A DNA stretch of 64,000 nt from positions 3,912,385-3,976,384 of the forward strand of contig CP070751.1 in the NCBI GenBank assembly GCA_020348445.1, written 5' to 3'. Below are positions 1 to 9,678 of this stretch, one piece after another (positions within the stretch are counted from its first letter, which is position 1; each line of letters starts with the position of its first letter). Under the pieces are notes generated by a model. The model saw only the letters and a program-made list of their open reading frames with translations, had not been told where the DNA came from and made no database searches. Source of the DNA: Thermoplasmata archaeon (lineage in GTDB: Archaea > Thermoplasmatota > Thermoplasmata > GCA-020350865). A program made the translations under genes and the position numbers.

Positions 1-75
1 CAAATCGGTTTGAATTCTTGCTAGGTACGAATCGGGACTCTTTAAAATTTCGATACTGCAAAGCGATTCTTCCAT
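1..75 (-). CDS. Partial hypothetical protein (5' end only, runs off the window start)
   Basis: ATG at 75 on the minus strand with a GGGGA RBS upstream; reads MEESLCSIEILKSPDSYLARIQTDL with no stop before the edge; not in the ORF track. Confidence 0.45.
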   Translation of the reverse strand, partial: MEESLCSIEILKSPDSYLARIQTDL

Positions 76-403
76 GTAAATCCCCTGTTATTCTTGATTA
101 TCATATAAATAATACCCGGAAATACTGGTCTCAATTTAATCCGAATGAGTGATTTGGTATTAAAATTTATCTGTTACTAATAAGGTTATTGGGATTAAAC
201 AAGTTAATTGTAAAATATATATCGCATTAATGTCATGCAGATAAACGCATCTTGTGCACATATTTTTTCTATCATTATTCTTTGATATATGTTGGTTTAA
301 ATCGTGCTGTTTAAAAATCATTTAGACAAAGTTATTAACCCAGTTCTGCTGAGGGTAATATCGTCTAAATCTTTTTATACTTCAGGCATTATGTTTATCT
401 CTC

Positions 404-1891
404 ATGAAAATTTTACTAATCAATCCCCCCATAATTCTCCCGCGAAATTTAGGAACGCCTTCCCCATATATCCCATTAGGCCTGGCTTACCTTGCTGCTG
501 AATTGGAAAAAAAGGATCATGACGTAAGTATTCAGGACATTTTACTTAAGGGCTGGGATAAAAATGAGTATTTTGAAGGAGACTTTGTCTATCATGGTCT
601 ATCACCTAAGGAAATCTTAGAAATCGTGCGTCAAGAAAAGCCAAGTGTGGTGGGAATCACAGTTCCGTATACGATTCAGGAGAAGGGGGCCTTCATAGCC
701 GCTTCTGCAGTGAAGGAAGCGGGCCAGGAAATCACCACCATATTAGGAGGCTCTCATCCTACCATTCGCCCAGAGGATTGTGCAAGACACGAGGATGTGG
801 ATCTTGTTGTTATGGGTGAGGGGGAGAAGACTTTTTTCGAGATAATAAAACAAATGGAAATTGAGGGGGTGCATGGAGCGCAAAAAATAAATGGCGTCGC
901 TTATGAAGAAGGTGGGAAAGTCCATATTAATCCTCCTTCCCCCTTAATAGAGAACCTCGATTCTATTCCTTTCCCGGCTAGACATTTATTGGACCTGGAA
1001 GCCTACTTCGAGGCATCCAAAGCCTCCTCTGGGGTACATGGCGTGCAAGTCAAGTCCCTTTATTCCCCGATTATAACCAGTAGAGGCTGTCCTTATGACT
1101 GCATATTTTGCTCCATCGATATAACAATGGGTAAGAAAATGCGCATGCGATCCCCTAATAACGTTGTGGATGAACTTGAGGAAATGGTTCATAGACATGG
1201 CATAAGAACTGTGCTCTTCGAAGATGATAATCTCACACACAACAAAAAACGTATCTTGGAAATATGTAAACAGATAATAACAAGAGGCCTTGATATAGAA
1301 TGGTACAATCCCAACGGTATCCGCGCAGACAAGTTGGACAAAGAACTGCTCTCGGCTATGAAGCGTTCCGGTTGCAAATTGATTTGGGTTGCACCTGAAT
1401 CCGGCTCGCAACGCGTAGTAACTGAGATTATAGGTAAGCATCTCAAACTGGAATCTGTTGAAGACACTGTGAAGACCGCTAAGAAAGTGGGTATTAAAGT
1501 GGGTTTATTTTTCGTAGTGGGCCTACCAGGAGAGACCAAAGCTGAGATGCAGAAGAGCTTGGTTTTCGCACAAAGGATGCGGCAACTCGGAGCTTCATGT
1601 TTCACCTTTTCAGTTGCAACTCCTCTATATGGTACCAGGTTCTATAAAATGGCCATGGAACAGAAGTTGTTAGATCCAACTTTCGATTCAAATTGTCAAT
1701 CACCATATCTTCCCTCTCCCCTACAAAAACAAGAGTGGACAGCAGATTATGTCCAACATATTGTTGAGCAAGGGCGGAGGTTAAATCATCCACAAAATAC
1801 AAAGGAACGGATGTTATGCCTTTTACGTAATCCTTCTGTGGTAGTTCCATATATAAAAAAAAGATTGGGGAAAAAATCCCAAATAACATAA
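404..1891 (+). CDS. Cobalamin-binding (class B) radical SAM protein
   Basis: N-terminal B12-binding domain (KILLINPP...PLGLAYLAA, LGGSHPT, VVMGEGE); CxxxCxxC motif SRGCPYDCIFC; FEDDNL and APESGSQRV radical SAM core motifs. Confidence 0.9.
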   Translation: MKILLINPPIILPRNLGTPSPYIPLGLAYLAAELEKKDHDVSIQDILLKGWDKNEYFEGDFVYHGLSPKEILEIVRQEKPSVVGITVPYTIQEKGAFIAASAVKEAGQEITTILGGSHPTIRPEDCARHEDVDLVVMGEGEKTFFEIIKQMEIEGVHGAQKINGVAYEEGGKVHINPPSPLIENLDSIPFPARHLLDLEAYFEASKASSGVHGVQVKSLYSPIITSRGCPYDCIFCSIDITMGKKMRMRSPNNVVDELEEMVHRHGIRTVLFEDDNLTHNKKRILEICKQIITRGLDIEWYNPNGIRADKLDKELLSAMKRSGCKLIWVAPESGSQRVVTEIIGKHLKLESVEDTVKTAKKVGIKVGLFFVVGLPGETKAEMQKSLVFAQRMRQLGASCFTFSVATPLYGTRFYKMAMEQKLLDPTFDSNCQSPYLPSPLQKQEWTADYVQHIVEQGRRLNHPQNTKERMLCLLRNPSVVVPYIKKRLGKKSQIT

Positions 1892-1943
1892 ATTATACAA
1901 CGGGCTCCTATGATACAATGAGGATTTATCTTGTATTTGTACT

Positions 1944-2702
1944 TTAGAATCGATTTATGATTGTGGTACTTTTCACACCTTTAACAATGTTTCTCAGTGC
2001 TCCCTCCACATCTTTGCTGAGTTCGACTATTGTTCCTGTTACCACGATGTCAGCACCGGCTTCTGATATTCTGGATGCTGCTTTCGCATCCCTTATGCCT
2101 CCGCCCACGATCAAAGGTATTGAAAGTTCATTCTTAACAGCCTCTATCATTTCTGGAGGCACAGGTTCCGGTGCCCCAGAGCCCGCCTCAAGATATACAA
2201 ATTTCATCCCCAAAAACTCTGCAGCAAGAGCATAGCCGATAGCTGTTTTTAAATCGTTCCTTTTTACAGGATCTGCATCACCCATCTCCCCCACCTTCAT
2301 CCCTGGCTCTACAATCACATAACCCATGGGGATAGTCTCGATTCCAATATCCTTTATGATGGGAGAGGCCATCATTTGCTCCCCGATAATATATTTTATA
2401 TCCTTGGAATTCAACAACGACATGAAGTATATTGCATCAAAATTCGAGCTTAAAGCCTTTGAATGGGAAGGGAACTGAATTATGGGTATGGGAACCTTAT
2501 CCTTCATCGCCTGTACACTTGAATCCAGATTGTCCGCATCTATGCCTGTGGAGCCACCAACCATCACCGCGTCGGTACCTGCGAGAAATGCTAAATATGC
2601 GATATTCGCGCATTCTTTTGGACTCAATTTTTCTGGATCGATTAGAGTCATATGCAGTTTCTCGAGTCTTAGTTTGCTGCGTATATAATCTATTACCTTC
2701 AT
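1944..2702 (-). CDS. Geranylgeranylglyceryl phosphate synthase (GGGPS, PcrB family)
   Basis: LHMTLIDPEK, GTDAVMVGGS, YLEAGSGA, PLIVGGGIRD motifs; ATG at 2702 preceded by GGTGA RBS (track start 2714). Confidence 0.95.
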   Translation of the reverse strand: MKVIDYIRSKLRLEKLHMTLIDPEKLSPKECANIAYLAFLAGTDAVMVGGSTGIDADNLDSSVQAMKDKVPIPIIQFPSHSKALSSNFDAIYFMSLLNSKDIKYIIGEQMMASPIIKDIGIETIPMGYVIVEPGMKVGEMGDADPVKRNDLKTAIGYALAAEFLGMKFVYLEAGSGAPEPVPPEMIEAVKNELSIPLIVGGGIRDAKAASRISEAGADIVVTGTIVELSKDVEGALRNIVKGVKSTTIINRF

Positions 2703-2730
2703 TTTCATCACCAATTATTGAAATGAGCAA

Positions 2731-3567
2731 TCATACAGGTAATATACCTCCAGCAAGGAAAGCTAGCAAAGCGATTAGCATTGCCCCTTTTATGGGAGTT
2801 GATGCACTGGTATTTCCTCGCAACAGAAGGAAGATGCAGTATATAAATATTGCATCAGCAACAACTATTGCGGGAATATAGTATCTTGATCCTTCACTTG
2901 AAAATACTCCTGTCAGAAGCGGCATTGGGCTGATTAACACCCCTAAAGCAATGGATGAAGAGGCTGCAATACCAGCATTTTTTATGCCCATTTTCATAGG
3001 TAATGTGTACCTGTCTTTGTCACCTTTGATGTCTTCTATGTCCTTGGCAATTTCTCTTCCTAGGGTGGCAAGAAACGCCAGTACAGCCAAAATGAAGGTT
3101 CTTTCCACTGCCCAAACCGCCGCACCACCAAACAAAAATGTCGTGGCAGTAAGCCAGCTGATTGTAATGTTTCCTTGGGCACCTTTGGCCTTGGAGAATA
3201 TCTCATAGGAAAGCATAACAGCCAAATTCGCAATAACTATGATAAAGGCAATTATGTTTATGAATAACGCCATAAATAGTGAGACAATAAATAAAATGAT
3301 AGCCAGAAATAACGCACTATTGGATTTTATTTTCCCGGATGGAATAGGTCGTTTGGGGTGGTTGATACGATCTGTTTCCCTGTCATAATAGTCGTTTAGT
3401 GAATTGCCTGCCCCGGTAAATAGAAATGCCACGATACAGGCCAGGCCAACGGCCCTATAATTATCATCTACTCCCTCCAAGCCGCTTGCCACCAACGCAC
3501 CAATTGCCACTGCAGCTGCCACCATAACACAGTTTAATGGGCGCAAGAGCTGGAATATGGCCTTCAT
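2731..3567 (-). CDS. Digeranylgeranylglyceryl phosphate synthase (DGGGPS, UbiA prenyltransferase family)
   Basis: NDYYDRETDRINHPKRPIPSG and REIAKDIEDIKGD aspartate-rich UbiA motifs; multiple TM helices; directly upstream of GGGPS on the same strand. Confidence 0.92.
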   Translation of the reverse strand: MKAIFQLLRPLNCVMVAAAVAIGALVASGLEGVDDNYRAVGLACIVAFLFTGAGNSLNDYYDRETDRINHPKRPIPSGKIKSNSALFLAIILFIVSLFMALFINIIAFIIVIANLAVMLSYEIFSKAKGAQGNITISWLTATTFLFGGAAVWAVERTFILAVLAFLATLGREIAKDIEDIKGDKDRYTLPMKMGIKNAGIAASSSIALGVLISPMPLLTGVFSSEGSRYYIPAIVVADAIFIYCIFLLLRGNTSASTPIKGAMLIALLAFLAGGILPV

Positions 3568-3652
3568 CTATCGGGAATTGGGTTGGCCTTATAAGATTTT
3601 TGCTTTTAGGTAATTTATTGTTTTTTTGGTGTATTTGCCCTGGATTCTTTGC

Positions 3653-3681
3653 TTTATGGGCGGGCGGAGGGGGCAAGGAGG
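3653..3681 (+). repeat. G-rich intergenic motif, copy 1 (TTTATGGGCGGGCGGAGGGGG)
   Basis: Core GGG(T/C)GGG(A/C)GGAGGGGG also found at 24083 and 34176; lies between divergent genes. Confidence 0.6.
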
Positions 3682-3882
3682 CCTGAGGTTTAAGATCTAA
3701 GTATTATAGAAACATAACCAAAGGATAAAGTGTTCCTTGAATAAACTTTAATAGGAATTAAGGGGAACACGGTGGTGGGAAAGGGCCAAACAATTATCAC
3801 CCTGGATTGAAAACCTGAAAAAGTTAATATAAAAGGGTTCCATATGAGAGCGTTTATAAAGGGTTGAAAGGCGGATACATAA

Positions 3883-4845
3883 ATGGCAAAAATTCTGATC
3901 TCAGGCGGCGCGGGATTCATTGGCTCCCATCTTGCAGAGAATCTCGCTCAACTTGAAAACGAGGTTGTAATTCTAGATAATATGGACCTATATTATGATA
4001 TTGGGATAAAAAGGAAGAATATCGAACTGGTTTTAAAAAATAAGAACTGCAGTTTTGTGGAAGGAGATATACTGGACAAAGAGCAACTAGATAATATCGT
4101 CAAAGACGGCATAGAGTTCATCTTTCACGAAGCAGCCCAGCCCGGTGTGAGAGCCTCGGTGGACAATCCGTTAAAACCCAATGAGGTGAACGTTAAGGGA
4201 ACTCTAAATATCTTGGAGGTGGCAAGAAAGAATGATGTGAAACGTGTAATCAATGCCTCTTCTTCTTCGGTTTACGGCAGGGTGGAATACCTTCCCTTTG
4301 ATGAAAACCATCCTACCCAACCCCTATCCCCATATGGTGTAAGCAAGTTGGTTGCTGAGCATTATACACGGGTGTATAACGAACTCTATGGAATTCCCAC
4401 GGTGTCCTTACGATATTTCACCGTCTACGGTCCCAGAATGAGACCGGATCTTGCCATCCCGATTTTTACAAAAGCACTAATTAAGGGCGAGTCACCCACC
4501 ATATTTGGAAATGGCGACCAGACTAGGGATCTAACCTATATTGAAGATATCGTATCAGCCAATCTCATGCTCCTTAAAACCAGTGGTGCTGACGGAGAAA
4601 TCCTCAACATAGGAGGAGGAAAGAGGGTTACGGTAAACCAACTGTTCGAATATCTGAAACAATTAATTGGCAGCGATATCGAGCCAATTTACGGAGAAGA
4701 GATAAAAGGGGATGCAAAACATACATTGTCAGATGTCGGGAAGGCCGAAAAATTAATTGGGTATAAACCTACCATAGACATAGAAACTGGTTTGGAAAGA
4801 TTTGTTAAATGGTACAAGAGTAATTTGGATTTTTATCCATATTAA
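3883..4845 (+). CDS. NAD-dependent NDP-sugar epimerase/dehydratase (GalE/WcaG-like extended SDR)
   Basis: ISGGAGFIGSH Rossmann motif, ASSSSVYG, YGVSK (YxxxK), LRYFTVYGP. Confidence 0.93.
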   Translation: MAKILISGGAGFIGSHLAENLAQLENEVVILDNMDLYYDIGIKRKNIELVLKNKNCSFVEGDILDKEQLDNIVKDGIEFIFHEAAQPGVRASVDNPLKPNEVNVKGTLNILEVARKNDVKRVINASSSSVYGRVEYLPFDENHPTQPLSPYGVSKLVAEHYTRVYNELYGIPTVSLRYFTVYGPRMRPDLAIPIFTKALIKGESPTIFGNGDQTRDLTYIEDIVSANLMLLKTSGADGEILNIGGGKRVTVNQLFEYLKQLIGSDIEPIYGEEIKGDAKHTLSDVGKAEKLIGYKPTIDIETGLERFVKWYKSNLDFYPY

Positions 4846-4862
4846 AGGAGGAATAAGGATAA

Positions 4863-5840
4863 ATGGCCAATAAAAGAAGGATACTAGTTATTTATCCATT
4901 CTCCTCTTCCTATATTCAGCGTGATATGGAAATTCTCAAAGAAGAGTTCCAGGTTATGCCTTTCCAATATAAGGGTAAAAAAGACATTTTTAGAATGCTA
5001 AGAAGCATTCTCAAAACAGATGTAAATATATCTTGGTTCACCCTGGGTAATGCAACAATGGCCCTCCATTTATCCGGAATTTTAAGAAAAAAGACCATTG
5101 TAATTGCAGGAGGATGGGATGTAGTAAGCATGCCTGAGATCGGTTACGGCGCAATGAGGGGTAAAAGGATTAAAAAGACCCGCTATGCCCTTAAAAAAGC
5201 GAATAAAGTCATAGCAGTATCTGAATCAACAAAGGAATGGGTGCTAAAATGGGTAGATAGGGATGATGTCATCACATTGTATCATGGATTTGATCCTCAA
5301 ACCTTCCTTCCAAAGGGCGAAAAGGAAAAGATGGTAGTTACCGTTGGAAAACTCGAAAACGAAGTCACCATCGCTATTAAGGGACTAGATACATTTCTAA
5401 AGACAGCCAAGCTCCTTCCAGATGTGAAATTCGTAATGATAGGTAGGCATGATCCAAAACTGGCTAAGGAGTGGAGAGCAAAGGCACCTCCTAATCTTGA
5501 AATTTTAGATTTTATTCCCTATGATAAAATAAGGGGATACTATCAGATGGCAAAAGTATATACACAGCTCTCTTATCAGGAATCCTTTGGCTGTGCCCTG
5601 GCTGAGGCCATGCTTTGCGAATGTGTCCCTGTTGTTACCAGAAGAGGGGGCATTCCAGAAGTTGTTGGTGACGCGGGATTCTATGTAAAATATGGAGATG
5701 CGAAAGCCACGGCTGAAAAGATAAAAGAGGCGCTTAATTCAGATATAGGTGGTGATGCAAGAAAAAGAATCATGACCTTATTTCCTCTAAATGAAAGAAA
5801 GAAAAGATTGACAAAAATAGTATATGATTGTATGAAATAG
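4863..5840 (+). CDS. Glycosyltransferase family 4 (GT-B)
   Basis: IAVSEST, IKGLD, ESFGCALAEAM (E-x7-E), PVVTRRGGIPEVV. Confidence 0.88.
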   Translation: MANKRRILVIYPFSSSYIQRDMEILKEEFQVMPFQYKGKKDIFRMLRSILKTDVNISWFTLGNATMALHLSGILRKKTIVIAGGWDVVSMPEIGYGAMRGKRIKKTRYALKKANKVIAVSESTKEWVLKWVDRDDVITLYHGFDPQTFLPKGEKEKMVVTVGKLENEVTIAIKGLDTFLKTAKLLPDVKFVMIGRHDPKLAKEWRAKAPPNLEILDFIPYDKIRGYYQMAKVYTQLSYQESFGCALAEAMLCECVPVVTRRGGIPEVVGDAGFYVKYGDAKATAEKIKEALNSDIGGDARKRIMTLFPLNERKKRLTKIVYDCMK

Positions 5841-5850
5841 GAGTGGGTGG

Positions 5851-6630
5851 ATGAAAAAACCTAAATTCAGTATCTGCACCACGAACTACAACTGTGCCCA
5901 TGCATTGAAGCGGCATTTGGATTCCATCTATTCGCAACTTGACGAGGAAGAATTTGAATATATTGTGGTGGACAGTAAATCCAAAGATAGAAGCATGGAA
6001 GTGCTGAAAAAATATGCATCTTCACATGAAAATATGACTGCCCTTCAAAAAAGATGTGTGCGAGGCAAAGGAAGACAAATCGCCTTTAAAAAAAGTAAGG
6101 GAGATTATATCCTTCAGGTGGACACAGATACCGTATATTATCCAATATGGAAGACATTTTTATACAAATGTATTGATGAGTACCCGAATCTGGCTGTCCA
6201 GGCTATTTTTGGAGGAGTTTACCCCAGGAAGATAATGGATGAAGTTAGAGGATGGCGTAACTTCCAGTGGGGGGATGACCTCGATTTATGGATGAGGGTA
6301 TGGAAAATAGGTAAGATGAAATGGTACCCTGTGGCAGTTGGTGAGAACGTTAAGGAGATTGGTAAAGATTCATATATGGATGCATTTTCAAAACGATACG
6401 GCCGCAAATTTGAGAAAAGTTCCAGAATGCTGAGAACAGAATTTGATTGGTTGAGATTGTACTATGTGCAGAAGATGGATTTTCTAAAAATTGTGGAGGA
6501 GAACAGTGTTGATCTCCAACTCGGGGATAAGGAAAAATGGTTCAACGAGGCAGCAAAAACGAACCTGAGAAAGTGGATTTTGGGTGTTTTGAGAAAGGAG
6601 AAGAGGATATTAACGGGAAAATACGAGTAA
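5851..6630 (+). CDS. Glycosyltransferase family 2 (GT-A)
   Basis: FSICTTNYN, IVVDSKSKD, GKGRQIAF, DTD (DxD), GDDLDLWMR. Confidence 0.85.
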   Translation: MKKPKFSICTTNYNCAHALKRHLDSIYSQLDEEEFEYIVVDSKSKDRSMEVLKKYASSHENMTALQKRCVRGKGRQIAFKKSKGDYILQVDTDTVYYPIWKTFLYKCIDEYPNLAVQAIFGGVYPRKIMDEVRGWRNFQWGDDLDLWMRVWKIGKMKWYPVAVGENVKEIGKDSYMDAFSKRYGRKFEKSSRMLRTEFDWLRLYYVQKMDFLKIVEENSVDLQLGDKEKWFNEAAKTNLRKWILGVLRKEKRILTGKYE

Positions 6631-6646
6631 TCTATACAACTTTTAT

Positions 6647-7447
6647 CTAATTTTTTGATAGAACATACAGTTTATTGATGGATATATCATCAAAATCAGG
6701 GATATCAAAGGCGAGTCTTCTTGCCACTTCATTGATTTTGGCTTCGAATTTTGGCTCATCGGGCAGAACAACGAGGGGGTGAACCACTCTTGAGACGAAA
6801 TAGTAGGTACCAAGGCTCCTGATCTCCATGATTTTAAAATTTTCATTTAGAAAATCCATCAATTTATCGTTATCAAGAAGCAGATTGTGCCAATGCTTTA
6901 TGATTTCATGTAAACCATAGTACTTTCTCATTCTATTGAGTTCATTTAAACCCTCATTTGTTCCCTCGATCATCAAAAATTTTCCACCTTCTTTAAGCAC
7001 CCGTTTTATCTCCAACATAGCACCCTGTTGGTCTTCCCAGCTTCTAAGGTTTATTAAACACCGCTCGCTGATTGCAACATCGAAGGTATCTTCAGGATAT
7101 GTAAGATTTAGCACATCCATTTGTTTGAACGATAGGTTTTTCTTTTCTGGAGGATTTTCCTTGATTGTAGCCTCAGCCTGATTGACCATTTCTTCGGAGA
7201 AATCGATGCCAACTATGCTCTTTACATTCTTAGAAAAAATCACTGTAGCAAAACCGTTTCCACATCCCACATCGAGCACGTGATTCTCTTCATCTAAATG
7301 AGTTAGCAGCAGGTCGATTTCAAGCATACGGAGGTTGACATCCCCCATGGTGGCTTGAGGTGATTCTTTTAATTCCTTGGCTTTATGATCCCAATATTCG
7401 AGAATTTCTTTTTTATCAATGCCGTCTCCTTGTTTATTTCCTTGCAT
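6647..7447 (-). CDS. Class I SAM-dependent methyltransferase
   Basis: VLDVGCGNG motif I, VGIDFSEEMV, FDVAISERCLINL, RVLKEGG. Confidence 0.9.
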   Translation of the reverse strand: MQGNKQGDGIDKKEILEYWDHKAKELKESPQATMGDVNLRMLEIDLLLTHLDEENHVLDVGCGNGFATVIFSKNVKSIVGIDFSEEMVNQAEATIKENPPEKKNLSFKQMDVLNLTYPEDTFDVAISERCLINLRSWEDQQGAMLEIKRVLKEGGKFLMIEGTNEGLNELNRMRKYYGLHEIIKHWHNLLLDNDKLMDFLNENFKIMEIRSLGTYYFVSRVVHPLVVLPDEPKFEAKINEVARRLAFDIPDFDDISINKLYVLSKN

Positions 7448-7509
7448 TTTTTTTGCCCCTCACATTCTACTTATTCAAATCGTATAGCAACATGTAATGA
7501 AAATTACCG

Positions 7510-8463
7510 TCACCATGTACTCCTAAACCAATTTATAGTCTCTTGTATGCCCTCTTCCAAACCCACTTTTGGCTCAAACTCCAAAATCTTCCTTGCTTTC
7601 TCTATATTGGGCACCCTAAGATGAACATCGGGATAGCTGCCAACGTTTTTAAAAATGATGTTTGATTTCGAGCTCGCCAGTCTTTTTACGTTCTGAGCAA
7701 GTTCAAAAACTGATAGGCTCTCCCTGGGATTGCCTATATTAAAGGCCTCGCCTATTGCTTTTGTGGAAGCCATAACCTTTACAATTCCATCAACTGCATC
7801 ACTGACATAGCACCAGGCTCTAATCTGAGTTCCGTCCCCATTGATTACTATATCTTGATCTTGGGTTGCGTTTATAACAAAGGTCTGTATAGCTCCCTCA
7901 CCAAGTTGCCCTGGACCATAAATGTTGAAGAATCTAAGGGGTGTAACGCCAAGCCCATACTGCCTGTGAAACGCGAAGGCCAGATGATCTGTTGCTAGTT
8001 TACTTACCGCATAGCCCCATCTCACCTCATTGACGGGGCCTTGTGTTGTCAAATCCTCCTCCCGAGCGTTATAGGTGTAGGGCCCGTATACCTCACTTGT
8101 GGATGCGAAAATAACCCTGTCAATGCCCAAATCATATGCATTCTTAAATACATTGTAAGAACCCAGGAAATTCACTTCAATTGTCCGAACAGGTTTTTTT
8201 ACAACTGTATCGATACCGGCAACAGCAGCCAAATGAACAACTATATCGCACCCCTTCATCGCAGCCTTTAGCTCATCTGCCACCAATATATCTCCACTTT
8301 TGAAAGATACATTGGTTTTGTCACGTAGGTTTTCGTCCATTATGCCCCTTGAGAAATTGTCGAAAATTACCAACTCATTTTTATCAGAAAGCCTATTAGA
8401 AAGATGAGAACCTATAAAACCTGCTCCTCCTGTGATCATTATCTTCTTGCCTTCTATGCTCAT
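7510..8463 (-). CDS. NAD-dependent NDP-sugar epimerase/dehydratase (UDP-glucuronate decarboxylase-like SDR)
   Basis: ITGGAGFIGSH, FASTSEVYG, YAVSK, RFFNIYGP; ATG at 8463 (track TTG at 8472). Confidence 0.9.
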   Translation of the reverse strand: MSIEGKKIMITGGAGFIGSHLSNRLSDKNELVIFDNFSRGIMDENLRDKTNVSFKSGDILVADELKAAMKGCDIVVHLAAVAGIDTVVKKPVRTIEVNFLGSYNVFKNAYDLGIDRVIFASTSEVYGPYTYNAREEDLTTQGPVNEVRWGYAVSKLATDHLAFAFHRQYGLGVTPLRFFNIYGPGQLGEGAIQTFVINATQDQDIVINGDGTQIRAWCYVSDAVDGIVKVMASTKAIGEAFNIGNPRESLSVFELAQNVKRLASSKSNIIFKNVGSYPDVHLRVPNIEKARKILEFEPKVGLEEGIQETINWFRSTW

Positions 8464-8547
8464 TACCAACACCGGCTGAAAATGAGAATAAGAGTAAGTA
8501 AGATTTAAAACTTATTATCCCGATATCGGCAAATTGGTGATATCCCC

Positions 8548-9654
8548 ATGGACATTCCACTTGCTAAGCCGTTTTTTCCTGCCACCACCCATAAGGTAAT
8601 CGAGGAAGTTCTAAAAACTGGATGGGTGACCCAAGGCCCAAAAGTTGCTGAGTTTGAATTAAAATATGCAAAATACACCGGCTGTAAACATGCAATAGCG
8701 GTGAGTTCTGGCACTGCGGCATTACATGTATCATTGCTGGCAATGGGCATTGGAAAGGGTGATGAAGTCATAGTTCCCGACTTCACATTTCCTGCAACAG
8801 GCAATGCAGTGCATTTCACTGGTGCAAATCCTGTTCTGGCAGATATAGATCTTGATAGCTACTGCATCAAACCGCAAGAAATAAGGGATAAAATTACTTC
8901 CAAAACAAAAGCAATAATCCCTGTTCACAGCTTTGGTCATCCGTCCCCCATGGCAGAGATAATGGAAATAGCAAAAGAAAATGACATTTTTGTAATCGAG
9001 GACGCAGCTCCTGCCCACGGTGCAGAGTTTGGTGGGATAAAAGTGGGAAATTTCGGTAAAGCCGGGTGTTTCAGTTTTCATCCAAGGAAGATAATCTCTA
9101 CAGGTGAGGGGGGGATGATCACCACAAACGATTATGAGGTAGCAGAAAAAGCAAAAACGATCAGGAACCACGGCATGGATGAAATAACAAAACATGATAA
9201 TCTTGAACTCAAATTGTCTACTTTCAGCATTCTTGGGTACAATTATCGCATGAGCGATATATTGGCTGCTATCGGTATAGAACAAATGGAAATACTAGAT
9301 AGGGCCATTGAAGAAAGAAGAAGATTGGCAAAACTTTATAATGACCTGATTCGAGAGATAGGTATGGATGTTGCAGCCCCTTTGGAGCGTAACAATGTGA
9401 AACATGTTTATCAAAGTTATGTGGTGCTAATTGGAAAACAAAATACGAGGAACGCCACGATAAAAGCATTGAGAAACGAGGGTATAGGGTGCACCATAGG
9501 TACATATTCACTAAGCAATCTACCTCTATACGATGGCTTGTGCCCAAATGGAACCGGGGCCTTCAATGACACTCTCGCCCTGCCAATGTATGAAGGATTG
9601 GAGGATAAAGAGGTGGAGTATATAGTCGATTGTCTAAAACAAAATTACAAGTAG
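8548..9654 (+). CDS. DegT/DnrJ/EryC1/StrS family PLP-dependent sugar aminotransferase
   Basis: GWVTQGPKV, VSSGTAALH, IEDAAPAHG, FSFHPRKIISTGEGG (PLP lysine), GYNYRMSD. Confidence 0.95.
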   Translation: MDIPLAKPFFPATTHKVIEEVLKTGWVTQGPKVAEFELKYAKYTGCKHAIAVSSGTAALHVSLLAMGIGKGDEVIVPDFTFPATGNAVHFTGANPVLADIDLDSYCIKPQEIRDKITSKTKAIIPVHSFGHPSPMAEIMEIAKENDIFVIEDAAPAHGAEFGGIKVGNFGKAGCFSFHPRKIISTGEGGMITTNDYEVAEKAKTIRNHGMDEITKHDNLELKLSTFSILGYNYRMSDILAAIGIEQMEILDRAIEERRRLAKLYNDLIREIGMDVAAPLERNNVKHVYQSYVVLIGKQNTRNATIKALRNEGIGCTIGTYSLSNLPLYDGLCPNGTGAFNDTLALPMYEGLEDKEVEYIVDCLKQNYK

Positions 9655-9678
9655 TAAATCCATGGCTTAGGATTTCTT

